From positions 32,001-96,000 of the forward strand of contig JBCNVN010000002.1 in the NCBI GenBank assembly GCA_039630055.1: a DNA stretch of 64,000 bases, read 5' to 3'. Positions 1 through 10,046 of the stretch are shown in pieces. A model generated the notes under the pieces. It did no database searches and was not told the DNA's origin. It saw only the letters and a list, made by a program, of their open reading frames with translations. The stretch is from Candidatus Caldarchaeales archaeon. GTDB lineage: Archaea; Thermoproteota; Nitrososphaeria_A; Caldarchaeales; Wolframiiraptoraceae. A program made the translations under genes and the position numbers. Each line of letters begins with the position of its first letter. The first letter of the stretch is position 1.

Positions 1-1382
1 GTTTGGTTAATCCAACTATAGGCGAGCGTCCCCGCTTTTGGATCTGGTGCCCCTTCCCATCCTTCTGGAACAGTAATCTTTGATATGGGTATTGTTATCG
101 GGTTTGCTAATATGCTAAATCCATATCGTGGATCGTATTTAGAGATCCCTACTATCCCGTCTTTATAGCATTGATGTTTATTCGGTTTCCTAGCTCTTAC
201 ATGTATAGGACCAGCTGGACCATAGATAGTCATACCTTCTAATGCCTTTATTATATCGTCTACTTCAGGCCATTTTCCAAGCATTGCATATGCTTTCTCA
301 ACAGCATTCTTATACATGTACACAGCAACGTAAGCGCCTTCTGAAGGACTATCTGGATATGTTCCCCATCTACGATAATAATTTTCTACGAATGCTTTGT
401 TTATGGGATACTTATCCCATTCAGGATACAAGAAGAAGTAATTAGAATGTACTCCTGCAATATGTCCATCTGGAAAGTCTTTAACAGCTTCAGCTGGACT
501 TGCTGCATGCGCTATACATGATACGTATTTTGTCTTTTCGAATAGTCCATAACCCATAGCTTGTTTATAGAAGTTTATAAGGTCAGCTCCCCATAATGAT
601 GAAGCCACGATATCTGGTCTGCTAGCAATGATTTCAGTAATGTAAGGTGAGAAATCAGTAACTTTAAAGAGACCTGGAAAAGCTTCATAAACGACTTCAA
701 CCCTATCTTTACCTAATACTTTTTCAAGTGTTATCTGTATATGAGCATGGGCGTTCCTTCCATAGGCGTAGTCTGGATGTATATGGGCTACCCTTACTCT
801 ATCTTTCTCCATTAAATCGAGCAGCTTGATTGCTCCGATTGCAGCTGCAATACCATCTGCCGATTGAATATTCGTAATCCTAAAACAGAATCTCGGATCT
901 GGAATAACTGATTCAAATAAAAAGTCTGTGCAACCATCTACAAAGAATGTTAAGGTTTGAAGTTCTTCAGCTACTGGACCTACTGCTGGAGTATTTGAAG
1001 AAGATATACATCCCACGTAAAAATCTATTTTTTCATCAAGTACAAGAGTTCTATACTCTCTAACAGTCTCTTCAGGCGCTGTCTCTGATTTTACAACATA
1101 ATTTATCTTTCTTCCTAAGATCCCTCCACGCTCATTTATTTCTTCAATAGCTAATACAGCTCCTTGCATCATCGGCTTACCCCATATTGCTCCTCCTCCA
1201 GTAAGATATGCTTGGATGCCTGCTTTTAGTGGTGTTGTAGGTATTTCTTCTTTAACGGGTGGTGGAGGAGGAGCAATTACACCTCTATACAATTCTGTTC
1301 CAGCTACTCCAGCAACTCCTCCTACAACAAGTCCACTTATCAATCCTTTAAGAAAATCTCTTCTACCAGTTTTTCCGCTCAT
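1..1382 (-). CDS. Branched-chain amino acid/amide-type ABC transporter substrate-binding protein with twin-arginine signal (runs off window start)
   Basis: Not in the ORF track. Manual translation from ATG at 1382 gives MSGKTGRRDFLKGLISGLVVGGVAG (Tat motif) then GKPMMQGAVLAIEEINERGGILGRKI, typical of LivJ-like periplasmic binding proteins. Confidence 0.85.
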   Translation of the reverse strand, partial: MSGKTGRRDFLKGLISGLVVGGVAGVAGTELYRGVIAPPPPPVKEEIPTTPLKAGIQAYLTGGGAIWGKPMMQGAVLAIEEINERGGILGRKINYVVKSETAPEETVREYRTLVLDEKIDFYVGCISSSNTPAVGPVAEELQTLTFFVDGCTDFLFESVIPDPRFCFRITNIQSADGIAAAIGAIKLLDLMEKDRVRVAHIHPDYAYGRNAHAHIQITLEKVLGKDRVEVVYEAFPGLFKVTDFSPYITEIIASRPDIVASSLWGADLINFYKQAMGYGLFEKTKYVSCIAHAASPAEAVKDFPDGHIAGVHSNYFFLYPEWDKYPINKAFVENYYRRWGTYPDSPSEGAYVAVYMYKNAVEKAYAMLGKWPEVDDIIKALEGMTIYGPAGPIHVRARKPNKHQCYKDGIVGISKYDPRYGFSILANPITIPISKITVPEGWEGAPDPKAGTLAYSWINQ

Positions 1383-1611
1383 AAATGAAATATAATCCTT
1401 GACCTATATAAAAGTTTAGCAGTAAATTATTATATTTAAGAAGATTTAGATAAAAGATTATTGAGGAGCGAACTTTATCCAAATCCTTCCAGAGGTTTCT
1501 ACTTAAAGATAGAGTATGTAAAATCTTCCATAGACTTTCTTCTAGTATTGTGATAAACTTCTTTATGCTTAAAAGATTAAAAGCATAAATCAATGTTAAC
1601 AGATTATTTAT

Positions 1612-2846
1612 TTGATGTTTAAGCTTAGAAGAGAGTGGTGTATACTAGTTACTACATTCCTAGTTGTTAGTATACTTCTCCCTCAAGCCTCTGCACTTAA
1701 TACTTCAGCTCTATGTCTAGATTATGGAAAACCGCTTAGAGAATTTTCAAGATTTCTTGAAGTTGAATTCATTGGAGATAGTCTTAAAAAACGATTCAGT
1801 GGATTAGATACAATATACTTAGCTCAGCTTCCAAGTGGTACTTACGAGGTTACTGCTAGATGGATGAGCGTAGAAGTCGGTAGATGGGTTGTAGAGCTTA
1901 GTGAAAAGAATATTGCATTAAATCTTGAACTAGCTTTAACAGATGTTAGCTTCGAGGTTAGAGATCTTGAAGATAAACCCTTAAGAGATATAGTAGTTGA
2001 GATATCACCTGCGATCTTCGGTAGATTAAATATTACTGAGAACATAATCTCGATAAGAGTTATTCCAACAACTTTAAATTATCTCTTAAAGATCTACTGG
2101 AAGTCGCCAATCTATAAACAATCTATAAATCATATTCTTCAACAACTATAACATTTACTCCATCTAAATTAGAAGCATCTAGAACTCTTAGGCTCTCCGT
2201 CAGTAGTGTTGAGTTGAAGATAATCAATAATCTTGGTAGACCATTACCAGCTGCTACTATCTTATTCGCTGGAGTAGAGGTTAAGACGGATGATTTAGGT
2301 AGAGCTGTTTTTGAGCAAGTTCCATTAGAAGTTAATGGTATGCCAATAGAATATGAAGTTAAAGTTCTCAAAGATTCAGAGGCTCTATATTCTGGAGTGA
2401 TCAAGTTCTCAAGAGCTAAGACTACGGAGACTATTGTAGCCGAGTTATATGATTTGAAGATCAAGGTTTAAGGCTCTGCTAACCAGCCTCTCCCATACTC
2501 TGAGGTTACTATTAAGAAGGGGGAAACTGTAATCGGTAATTACTTAACAGATGAAAGTGGAAGCTTAATTATTGAGAGGGTTCTATTAAACTACTATACA
2601 GTTGAAGTTGATTGGAAGGGGTTTAAAGGCTCAGCCATCGTCACGAAAGAAGACTTAAAGATGAATAGGATAATAGTTATCGAGCTTCCGCCCTACACAG
2701 AGATTTTAGGAATACCATTAACATTCTATATGTTCATAGGATTAGTAGTTGGAGCAGTATTTCTAGCATTAGCTATAACTATACTCTTAATTGAGTATAT
2801 TCTCTGGAGGGGTAAGAAGCTTGGAATATATCCTCCGAAAAAGTAG
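1612..2846 (+). pseudogene. Disrupted secreted/surface protein with carboxypeptidase-regulatory-like beta-sandwich repeats and C-terminal membrane anchor
   Basis: ORFs 1612-2151, 2214-2471 and 2661-2846 join into one frame if the 11-bp duplication at 2108-2129 is removed and the in-frame TAA at 2469-2471 is read through (then GSANQPLPYSEVTIKKG...). Signal peptide, repeated 'D..G.PL....V' units, C-terminal TM helix. Confidence 0.8.
2108..2129 (+). repeat. Perfect 11-bp tandem duplication CAATCTATAAA x2 causing a frameshift
   Basis: Read directly from the sequence; removing one copy gives ...WKSPIYKSYSSTTITF...VELKIINNLGRP in frame with the 2214 ORF. Confidence 0.9.
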
Positions 2847-2981
2847 GCTGGTAAAAGACTATAGATCGTAAAGATTGGATACTTGAACACAAATCTTTAC
2901 TTTAGCGAGATTGAGAGACCTTAATTTAAGAGAGCATGCTGTTAAGCTTCTTGCTAGGATCTCTTGAAAATATTTACCTAT

Positions 2982-4307
2982 TCATGTTGAGGGTCGATCT
3001 TCTACTTCTTCTCCAACTGGTTCAACTATTAATATATCACCAGACCTTCCAACTACTTTTATCCTCTCTCCAGCTCTTACTTCTACTCTAGATGTAGCTT
3101 TCCAAAGTTCTCCAGAGAGTCTAACATATCCTTCTCTTCCAGATGCTAGATAATCTACTGCTCTACCATACTCGCTAGGTATATCTCCTAGATAGGGCTT
3201 ACTTCTAACTGCTCGTATAGCTTTGTAGATCAAGAAGCTGAAGAAGATGGCTATTACTAGCATAGCTAATGAGATACTCCAGATCATCTCGTTGAACCAT
3301 ATTTGAGAAACGTATTGAGGTCTTGGAGGTGATCCTGCCATTAATATTATCCCCAAGCTTAAAGATAGAATACCTCCTATAGCTACGGCTCCAAAAGTAT
3401 GTGTAAATACTTCATAGATTAGTAGTGCAGCACCGATACCTACGAGGAGAAGTCCTACTAGATTTACATTGAATCCTTGACCCAGTAAACCTATTAAGAT
3501 GAGAATACCTCCAGCTACTTCTGCACCCCATCCAGGTGAGGCGAAACCAAGTATAAGGGTCATGACCCCGACTGCTAATAAGATAGATGATATTAAAGGG
3601 TCTGTCAAGAACTCCATAAAGAATATCTTTAAAGGTTTATCTACCTCCACTAACAAGCTCTTCTTAGTATTTAGTATTATCGATCTACCACTGACTATAA
3701 CTTCTCTTCCATCCACCTTATCTAAAAACTCTTTAGGGTCTCTAGCTATAACTTCTATCACACCTTTATTGAGTGCTTCTTCAGAGCTTAAGACTAAGTT
3801 TTTAGTTACAAAGTATCTTGCAATAGTATCATTTCTATTATTCATCCTTGCTAATGAAGCGATCTCTTCAGAGAGGAAATTGATGAGTTTAGTATCATTA
3901 CTCGGTATACCTCCTACTACAGGTTGACCTGCTCCTATCAATGTGTAAGGTGCCATCCCAGAGATCTTACATGCCATTAAGATATATGTTCCCGCAGACA
4001 TAGCGTTTGCTCCTTCAGGATAGACTAAGCATAAGACTGGCTTACTAGACCTCTGTATCAACTTAATTATCTCTAGAGTAGAACTTGCATCTCCACCTAA
4101 AGTATCTAGAGTTATCAAGACTGCTTCATACTCTCTTGAATTATCTGAGAGAACTATCTTAACATACTCAGTAGTAGAAGGAGAGATGTATCCAGTAATC
4201 TTTAACCAAGCTATCCTACTCTGTTCCTGGTTCTCAACTGTAGATAACTGTACAATAGTTATCAGTAGGAATGATATGAGGAAGACCATTACATAAGTTT
4301 TCCTCAT
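2982..4307 (-). CDS. nfeD: NfeD family membrane-bound ClpP-class serine protease (stomatin operon partner)
   Basis: LDTLGG and AMSAGTYI motifs, TM region, C-terminal OB-fold (GYVRLSGELWKA); overlaps the stomatin gene by ATGA. Confidence 0.9.
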   Translation of the reverse strand: MRKTYVMVFLISFLLITIVQLSTVENQEQSRIAWLKITGYISPSTTEYVKIVLSDNSREYEAVLITLDTLGGDASSTLEIIKLIQRSSKPVLCLVYPEGANAMSAGTYILMACKISGMAPYTLIGAGQPVVGGIPSNDTKLINFLSEEIASLARMNNRNDTIARYFVTKNLVLSSEEALNKGVIEVIARDPKEFLDKVDGREVIVSGRSIILNTKKSLLVEVDKPLKIFFMEFLTDPLISSILLAVGVMTLILGFASPGWGAEVAGGILILIGLLGQGFNVNLVGLLLVGIGAALLIYEVFTHTFGAVAIGGILSLSLGIILMAGSPPRPQYVSQIWFNEMIWSISLAMLVIAIFFSFLIYKAIRAVRSKPYLGDIPSEYGRAVDYLASGREGYVRLSGELWKATSRVEVRAGERIKVVGRSGDILIVEPVGEEVEDRPST

Positions 4308-5089
4308 TCTTTCTTCTCACTCTTGATCAATCCGAGTAATGTTCCAAGTTGAGATGAAGTACTCTCAGTTACAACGATCATATTCTTCTCTCTCGCTATC
4401 TCACTCCAAGTTTGGAGCTCTCTTAATCTTAATGCTATAGGGCTTTTAGCGTAATGCTCTGCCGCCTCAGACATCTTCTTTGCAGCTTCCAGCTCTCCTT
4501 CAGCCATGATAACTCTACTCCTCCTCTCTCTTTCAGCTTCTGCTTGCTTGGCCATAGCTCTCTGCATAGCTTCAGGTATCACGACATCTCTAATTGCTAC
4601 AGCAGTAACTTTAACACCCCAAGCCTCAGTAGCTTCATCGAGCATCCCCTGAATCCTCTTACTTAATTCTTCTCTCTTACTAAGTAGCTCATCTAGTTCT
4701 ACTTGACCTATAACATCTCTAAGAGTTGTCTGTGCAAGTAGGTTTGAAGCCATTATATAGTCTTTTACTTTTACAGCAGCAGCGATAGGGTCGCTTACTC
4801 TAAAGTATACTACTGCATCAACATCTACTGTAACATTATCTTTCGTTATTATCCTCTGTTTTGGGACGTCGAATGTAAGCAATCTTAGATCAATTATCCT
4901 TCTTTTATCTATTATTGGGAGTATAACTACTAGTCCAGGACCTTTAGCACCTTTCAATCTACCAACTCTGAATATTACTACTCTTTCATATTCTGTAACT
5001 ATTTTTAAGGATGATGCAATAACTATAATTATGAAGATCAGTATAAAGAATCCGAGGAATAGTGTTGTTGGTTGGATCTGACCAATCAT
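4304..5089 (-). CDS. Stomatin/SPFH (band 7) family protein
   Basis: EYERVVIFRVGR, ITKDNVTVDVDAVVYF, AMAKQAEAERERR, ALRLRELQT. Confidence 0.95.
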   Translation of the reverse strand: MIGQIQPTTLFLGFFILIFIIIVIASSLKIVTEYERVVIFRVGRLKGAKGPGLVVILPIIDKRRIIDLRLLTFDVPKQRIITKDNVTVDVDAVVYFRVSDPIAAAVKVKDYIMASNLLAQTTLRDVIGQVELDELLSKREELSKRIQGMLDEATEAWGVKVTAVAIRDVVIPEAMQRAMAKQAEAERERRSRVIMAEGELEAAKKMSEAAEHYAKSPIALRLRELQTWSEIAREKNMIVVTESTSSQLGTLLGLIKSEKKE

Positions 5090-5597
5090 AACTATACACT
5101 ATTGCGATCATACAATAACAACAATAAATATTTTACATATAGACACTCTCAGATATTTTACAGACCTCAACGAAATCAAAAGGTTGAAAATTTTTGTAAA
5201 ATCTAGTTAAATTATCTGTATAGACTGGATGCTTGGCTCCTATCCACTGGGCCACATTCAAGAGTTCTATCTTTTAACTTAATACTTTGCTAGCAGTATT
5301 TAAGTTCTACCCAAAATGTTGGATGGAGAGAACAACCAATTTATAGTTAAGATTTTCATGTATGTGAACCTCGCGACTATTGATTAAGATTTGGGCTTAC
5401 TTGATGATGTGATGAGAATTGATGTAAGAGCGTTGATGCCTACTCTATAAAAAGTGGCTGAGGGCAGATGGATTGACAATATCATAACAGGTATAGGTTC
5501 TACTGGATATAGTATGAGATAGTAAATGAATAATTATATAGATTGTGATAATGATGGCCTCTTCTTCTAAATAAGATATAATTATCCGAGAATACTC

Positions 5598-6317
5598 TTG
5601 AGACATGGAAGCATGGGTATATTTCGTGTAGGTACTTCTGGATATAGTTACTTCTGGAATCCGGATAGACGGAACCCATTTAAATGGTATGTTATGCAAG
5701 GTTTTAAGACTGTTGAGATAAATGCTTCATTCTATTCTTTTCCTAGAGAAACCTGGGTGGAGACCTGGTCTAGAAACTCTCCCGAAGGATTCGATTTCAG
5801 TATTAAAGTTCATAGAAGTATTACCCATCTATCTAGAATGGGTCCGAAGTCTATCGATATTTGGGAGAAGTTTTATCAAGTTTTAAAGCCTATAGAAGGA
5901 AAAATATCTTTCTGGCTTTTCCAGTTCCCAGAGTATTTTAAACCAATCCATGAAAATCTTTTGAGAATTAAAGTATTCTTGAATGAGACAGGTCTTGGAG
6001 ATATGGCTGTATTCGAGTTCCGCGATCCTAGATGGTGGGAGATGACTGATTATATAGAAAGATTGGGTGCAGTCTTCTGTTCAGTAGATGCACCGGGACT
6101 TCCAAGAAAGATCTCTTCTTCAAATAACTATGTATATCTCAGATTACATGGAAGAACAGACTGGTATGCATATAATTACAGTGATAAGGAACTTGAAGAG
6201 ATAGTCAGAGAACTTTTAAAATTAGATCCAGGAAAGAGCTATGTGTATTTTAATAATGATCATGGGATGCTTGAGAATGCTTTAAAGATGAGGAAGATGC
6301 TGGAGGAGAAGATTTGA
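5598..6317 (+). CDS. DUF72 (YecE-like) family protein; start probably ATG 5613
   Basis: VGTSGYSY, TVEINASFY, FSIKVHRSITH, LFQFP, EFRDPRW, YLRLHGR, YFNND. Confidence 0.9.
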   Translation: MRHGSMGIFRVGTSGYSYFWNPDRRNPFKWYVMQGFKTVEINASFYSFPRETWVETWSRNSPEGFDFSIKVHRSITHLSRMGPKSIDIWEKFYQVLKPIEGKISFWLFQFPEYFKPIHENLLRIKVFLNETGLGDMAVFEFRDPRWWEMTDYIERLGAVFCSVDAPGLPRKISSSNNYVYLRLHGRTDWYAYNYSDKELEEIVRELLKLDPGKSYVYFNNDHGMLENALKMRKMLEEKI

Positions 6318-7132
6318 AGATAGCTATAGACCCATACATCCCTGAACAGATACTAGATTACTTCGAACCTATATCGGGACTAAAAGCAGCTGTCCACGAG
6401 AAATATCTAATATACTTTAACTCAGAGACGATGGTTATAGTAGGATACCCAATAAAAGGAGAGTATAGAGAAGAAGACCTAATAAAAATCATCAATGAAT
6501 ATCGAGAGAAATATGTACTGGGACGGATTGTAGTCATAGCTCCTAGTCTGCCTTCAAGTTTGAGATTTGAAGATGTCAAGGTTGATGAATACTATAGATT
6601 GAGTTTGCCTATAAAGCCTCTAAGCAAGAGGTTAAGATACATGGTCTCGAGAGCTGAAAGAGATGTTACGGTAGATGTTAGCGGAGACCTTAAAAGAGAT
6701 CATATCGATCTGATTAGAGATTTCTTAAAGAGAGAAAATGTTGAAGAGTATATGAGATATATCTGCAACCGTTTAGATAGATATATTTCAAGATCTAAAA
6801 ATGTTAGAATAATTGATGCATATGATAGGAACGGGAGGCTGGTGGGCTTTGACATACTAGATCTCTCATCAACCAAGTATTCATTTTACATGTTTAATTT
6901 TATCAGTAGAGAGAGTAGATATATTCCAGGAGTCTCAGACTTGCTTCTATACAATCTCTTAAAGATATCACAAGAATATGGTAAAGTATATGTGAATATG
7001 GGTCTTGGAATAGATGAGGGTGTTAGGCGGTTCAAGTTGAAGTGGGGTGCAGAATCATTCTTACCATATAATTATGCTGTATTAAAGTCTGAGACCTTTT
7101 CAGAGTTATCAGGACTCTTCTCTAAGCTATAG
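6314..7132 (+). CDS. GNAT-fold (FemAB/aminoacyltransferase-like) hypothetical protein
   Basis: C-terminal SDLLLYNLL...YVNMGLG...GVRRFKLKWG resembles GNAT/Fem-type C-terminal motifs; 4-bp overlap with DUF72. Confidence 0.6.
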   Translation: MKIAIDPYIPEQILDYFEPISGLKAAVHEKYLIYFNSETMVIVGYPIKGEYREEDLIKIINEYREKYVLGRIVVIAPSLPSSLRFEDVKVDEYYRLSLPIKPLSKRLRYMVSRAERDVTVDVSGDLKRDHIDLIRDFLKRENVEEYMRYICNRLDRYISRSKNVRIIDAYDRNGRLVGFDILDLSSTKYSFYMFNFISRESRYIPGVSDLLLYNLLKISQEYGKVYVNMGLGIDEGVRRFKLKWGAESFLPYNYAVLKSETFSELSGLFSKL

Positions 7133-7171
7133 GCGGTCACAGTGCTTATAATAGAGGTCTAGGTAAGGTTG

Positions 7172-7357
7172 CTAACCTTTCCTCTCAAAAGTCTTGAACT
7201 GTGTAAAATGACAGTTTCCACAGTAGAATCTATCTTCATGCTCCGCCATTATGTATCCATTTCCACATCTTGGACAGAAGACCGAGTTCTTTACGAGTAC
7301 TCCATCTTTTAAAGAGTATTTTCTCCAAAGATTAACTTTCTTTCCCACCTTTCCCAC
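7172..7357 (-). CDS. rps27ae: 30S ribosomal protein S27ae (eS31)
   Basis: CPRCGNGYIMAEHEDRFYCGNC zinc ribbon; follows rps24e. Confidence 0.95.
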   Translation of the reverse strand: MGKVGKKVNLWRKYSLKDGVLVKNSVFCPRCGNGYIMAEHEDRFYCGNCHFTQFKTFERKG

Positions 7358-7646
7358 CCTCAGTCTGGATTAGAGGATGTTTCTTCAGTATATGTTTTCT
7401 CTCGAATCTCTTTGCATACTCTACATCATCATAGAGATGTATATGAACTCTTGCTTTCAAAGAACCGTAGAAGCTCTCCATCTTCTTTAGTATTACCCTC
7501 TCAGGAGATATATCAAAATATTCTGAGATGAATTTTACAACTTCTTCTCGTTTGGGTAAAGATGATTCATAAGATATGATCAGCTCGAGTTCTCTTCTAT
7601 TTAGAAGCTTATTATACCAATCTCTTGAGAACTTCTCTATCTGCAT
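7332..7646 (-). CDS. rps24e: 30S ribosomal protein S24e
   Basis: NKLLNRRE...PKREEV...FYG; conserved rps24e-rps27ae order. Confidence 0.9.
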   Translation of the reverse strand: MQIEKFSRDWYNKLLNRRELELIISYESSLPKREEVVKFISEYFDISPERVILKKMESFYGSLKARVHIHLYDDVEYAKRFERKHILKKHPLIQTEGGKGGKES

Positions 7647-7651
7647 TTAGT

Positions 7652-8095
7652 CTAACCCTCCTTTACTTCTTCTTTCGTAGAGGTCTTATAGGGTATGAGG
7701 ATAGCGTTTATCTGGGCTATTTCATCGCTTATCACATTTCCTCTAATCATCTTCCTTCTCCTAAGACCTTCTTTCCTTCTCCTTAATCTTCTCTTCTTTC
7801 TCTTCGATGCAGGCTTCTCTTTAGACTTAAAACCAACTCCACCAGACAATAATATTCTTACTTTTCTTGGTCCGCTGACATCTGGACGCATCGGGAAGCC
7901 ATCTCTATCTGTACCACCAGTAATTTTTATCTTATGTCCCTTGAGCCCGATTATCGATCCATCTAGTTCATCTCCAATCTTCTTTCCCCAGAATAGTTGG
8001 AATATTCTAGAGTCAAGTTGTATCGTCTTCGCTGTACCATCTGATGGATTTGATAGTACTAGCTTTGGAGTTGCACCCTTTGCCGACATCTTCAA
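7652..8095 (-). CDS. rps6e: 30S ribosomal protein S6e
   Basis: GKKIGDELDG, KITGGTDRDGFPMRPDV, RGNVIS..IAQIN. Confidence 0.95.
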   Translation of the reverse strand: MKMSAKGATPKLVLSNPSDGTAKTIQLDSRIFQLFWGKKIGDELDGSIIGLKGHKIKITGGTDRDGFPMRPDVSGPRKVRILLSGGVGFKSKEKPASKRKKRRLRRRKEGLRRRKMIRGNVISDEIAQINAILIPYKTSTKEEVKEG

Positions 8096-8163
8096 GATTC
8101 TTTGAGATTAATCTAATATATAAATTAGAGAGGTCTTGGTTGATATCTATTGGTAAATTTTTT

Positions 8164-9951
8164 CTATCGAGCCCATAGAGGATCCGAGATACGTTTTATC
8201 TCTACTATCTCGTGGAGAACCTTTTTAGAATCCTCGTCTAGCATATCATAGTATTCTTTTAAGAGCATCCTTGCATCTTGTTCTGGAATAGAGATGTAAA
8301 GTACCTCTCCCTCTCTTATATGTCTACCAACCACTGGTTCTTTCATAGAGATGGCTACTTTAGATCCAGCTCCAGCTTCATGTATACTCTGACCTCTATC
8401 TTGTATCTGGGATATTGCTCCAACGATCTTGCCTCTAGAATTCATCAACGGATGCTTGGGTTTGATTACTCCAGCCAGTACCTCAACTCCCACGATAGCC
8501 GGCTCGCTTCTTCTAAAGACATATCCCTCCATTATCTTTATCTTGGCAGGTTTTATGAGGGATTCGAATGCTTTTAGCTTCCGGTTAGAGGTTTCTTTCT
8601 CAACCCACTCAATGTAGGAGTTAACCAATCTGAATAAGATCGAGTCTTTAAATATCCTTATCCCTTTATTATTTGCTTCAATCTCCAAGTCTGAATCCAC
8701 TTTTACATTGAAAGCTAGTATCACCCCCATCAGTTCATCTTTTAGCCTAACTACCTCTGCCTCGACTACATCCCTCTTACTAACTTCTCCTATATCTGCT
8801 CTTCTAACAGATATGCCTTTCTCATGAAGATATAGTGTGGCGGCTTCCAGAGAGCCTAAGGTATCTGCCTTCAAAACTACGCCGATCTTATCGGTGGTTA
8901 TCCTGAATTCTCCAATCTCATTCTTTATCCTCTGAAGAATATCTTTCTCAACTTCTGGAACTGGAATCACGTAAAGAGGTGAACCCGCTAAGCATTTTTC
9001 AAGGTCTTCTGCAACTATCTTTACTCCTACCGCTGACTCAACCTCATCGACCCTCCTAAACCTATCTCTAGGATCCCTCATCTCATCGAGAGGTTTAGGC
9101 ATCAGCAGAGCTTTCACACGTGTAGAAAAAGGTTCATTTATCCCCATCAACCCTATTCTATCTCCAACCCTCAATACTCCATCGCTTAAGATCACGTTTA
9201 TAGTATGCCCTATCCCAACTTCCTCCATAACTTCTAATACCACGCCCTCCGCTGGACCTGTAGATGTAAGTAGTTTGTCTTGCAGAAAAGATTGAGCCAA
9301 GCCTAATAGGACGAGGAGGAGGTCTGGGATGCCTTCACCAGTCTTCGCGCTAACAGGGATTATTGAAAGAGTCTTGGTGAAGTCTCTTATCCTCGTGTAT
9401 AGATCTGCTTTAAAACCAAAGAATGATAGATCTCCTATCAGCTCATATATTCTCCTATCTAATTCTTCTTGGACATGTCTACTCTGAGATTCAAATGCTT
9501 TTTTGAAGGGTGTTTCTCCACTCGGTTTCCATCCCGGTATGAGATCTATCTTATTTGCTGCAACTACGAATGGCGTCTTTCTCGATCTCAATAGTTGGAT
9601 AGATTCTCTTGTCTGTTCTTGAACTCCGTTTATTATATCTATGACTAGAATTGCTAGATCCGCTACAGATCCACCCCTCTTCCTCAAGTTTGCAAAGGCT
9701 GCATGTCCAGGGGTATCGATGAATAGTAATCCAGGAACCTTGAGTTTCTCGACCTTAACCTCTCCTAAGAGGGCTCTACATGTCTCTATCACGGCTTCTA
9801 GGGGGAAGAGGCTTGCACCTATATGTTGAGTTATCCCTCCAGCTTCTCTAACCGCTACGATCGTCCCTCTCATTTTATCGAGTAATGATGTCTTACCATG
9901 GTCTACATGGCCCAAGACTGCTACGATCGGCTGTCGGAGTCTAACGCTCAA
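8164..9951 (-). CDS. infB: Translation initiation factor aIF5B (IF-2)
   Basis: LRQPIVAVLGHVDHGKT, EAGGITQHIGA, DTPGH, NKID. Confidence 0.97.
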   Translation of the reverse strand: MSVRLRQPIVAVLGHVDHGKTSLLDKMRGTIVAVREAGGITQHIGASLFPLEAVIETCRALLGEVKVEKLKVPGLLFIDTPGHAAFANLRKRGGSVADLAILVIDIINGVQEQTRESIQLLRSRKTPFVVAANKIDLIPGWKPSGETPFKKAFESQSRHVQEELDRRIYELIGDLSFFGFKADLYTRIRDFTKTLSIIPVSAKTGEGIPDLLLVLLGLAQSFLQDKLLTSTGPAEGVVLEVMEEVGIGHTINVILSDGVLRVGDRIGLMGINEPFSTRVKALLMPKPLDEMRDPRDRFRRVDEVESAVGVKIVAEDLEKCLAGSPLYVIPVPEVEKDILQRIKNEIGEFRITTDKIGVVLKADTLGSLEAATLYLHEKGISVRRADIGEVSKRDVVEAEVVRLKDELMGVILAFNVKVDSDLEIEANNKGIRIFKDSILFRLVNSYIEWVEKETSNRKLKAFESLIKPAKIKIMEGYVFRRSEPAIVGVEVLAGVIKPKHPLMNSRGKIVGAISQIQDRGQSIHEAGAGSKVAISMKEPVVGRHIREGEVLYISIPEQDARMLLKEYYDMLDEDSKKVLHEIVEIKRISDPLWAR

Positions 9952-10046
9952 CTGTCAACCTCCTAGATAACATGTCTAAAACTATGTTAAAACCGTTATT
10001 CTGATATCTATAAAAATATCGATGGATCTAGGTTCTATGGTATTAT

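Noticed and set aside
2469-2471. Programmed readthrough or recoding (Sec/Pyl) at in-frame stops here and near 16385
   Set aside because: The stop here is TAA in a gene that is also frameshifted; the TGA near 16385 is not at a Cys-like position, and no Sec/Pyl machinery is in the window
5276-5306. Imperfect AT-rich hairpin (AACTTAATACT...AGTATTTAAGTT)
   Set aside because: Bulged, AT-rich and single-copy; not distinguishable from chance
5401-5461. Possible box C/D sRNA (GTGATGA at 5409 ... CTGA at 5458)
   Set aside because: Internal D'/C' boxes are poor, the guide spacing is uneven and I could not identify a target; it may be a decayed coding remnant
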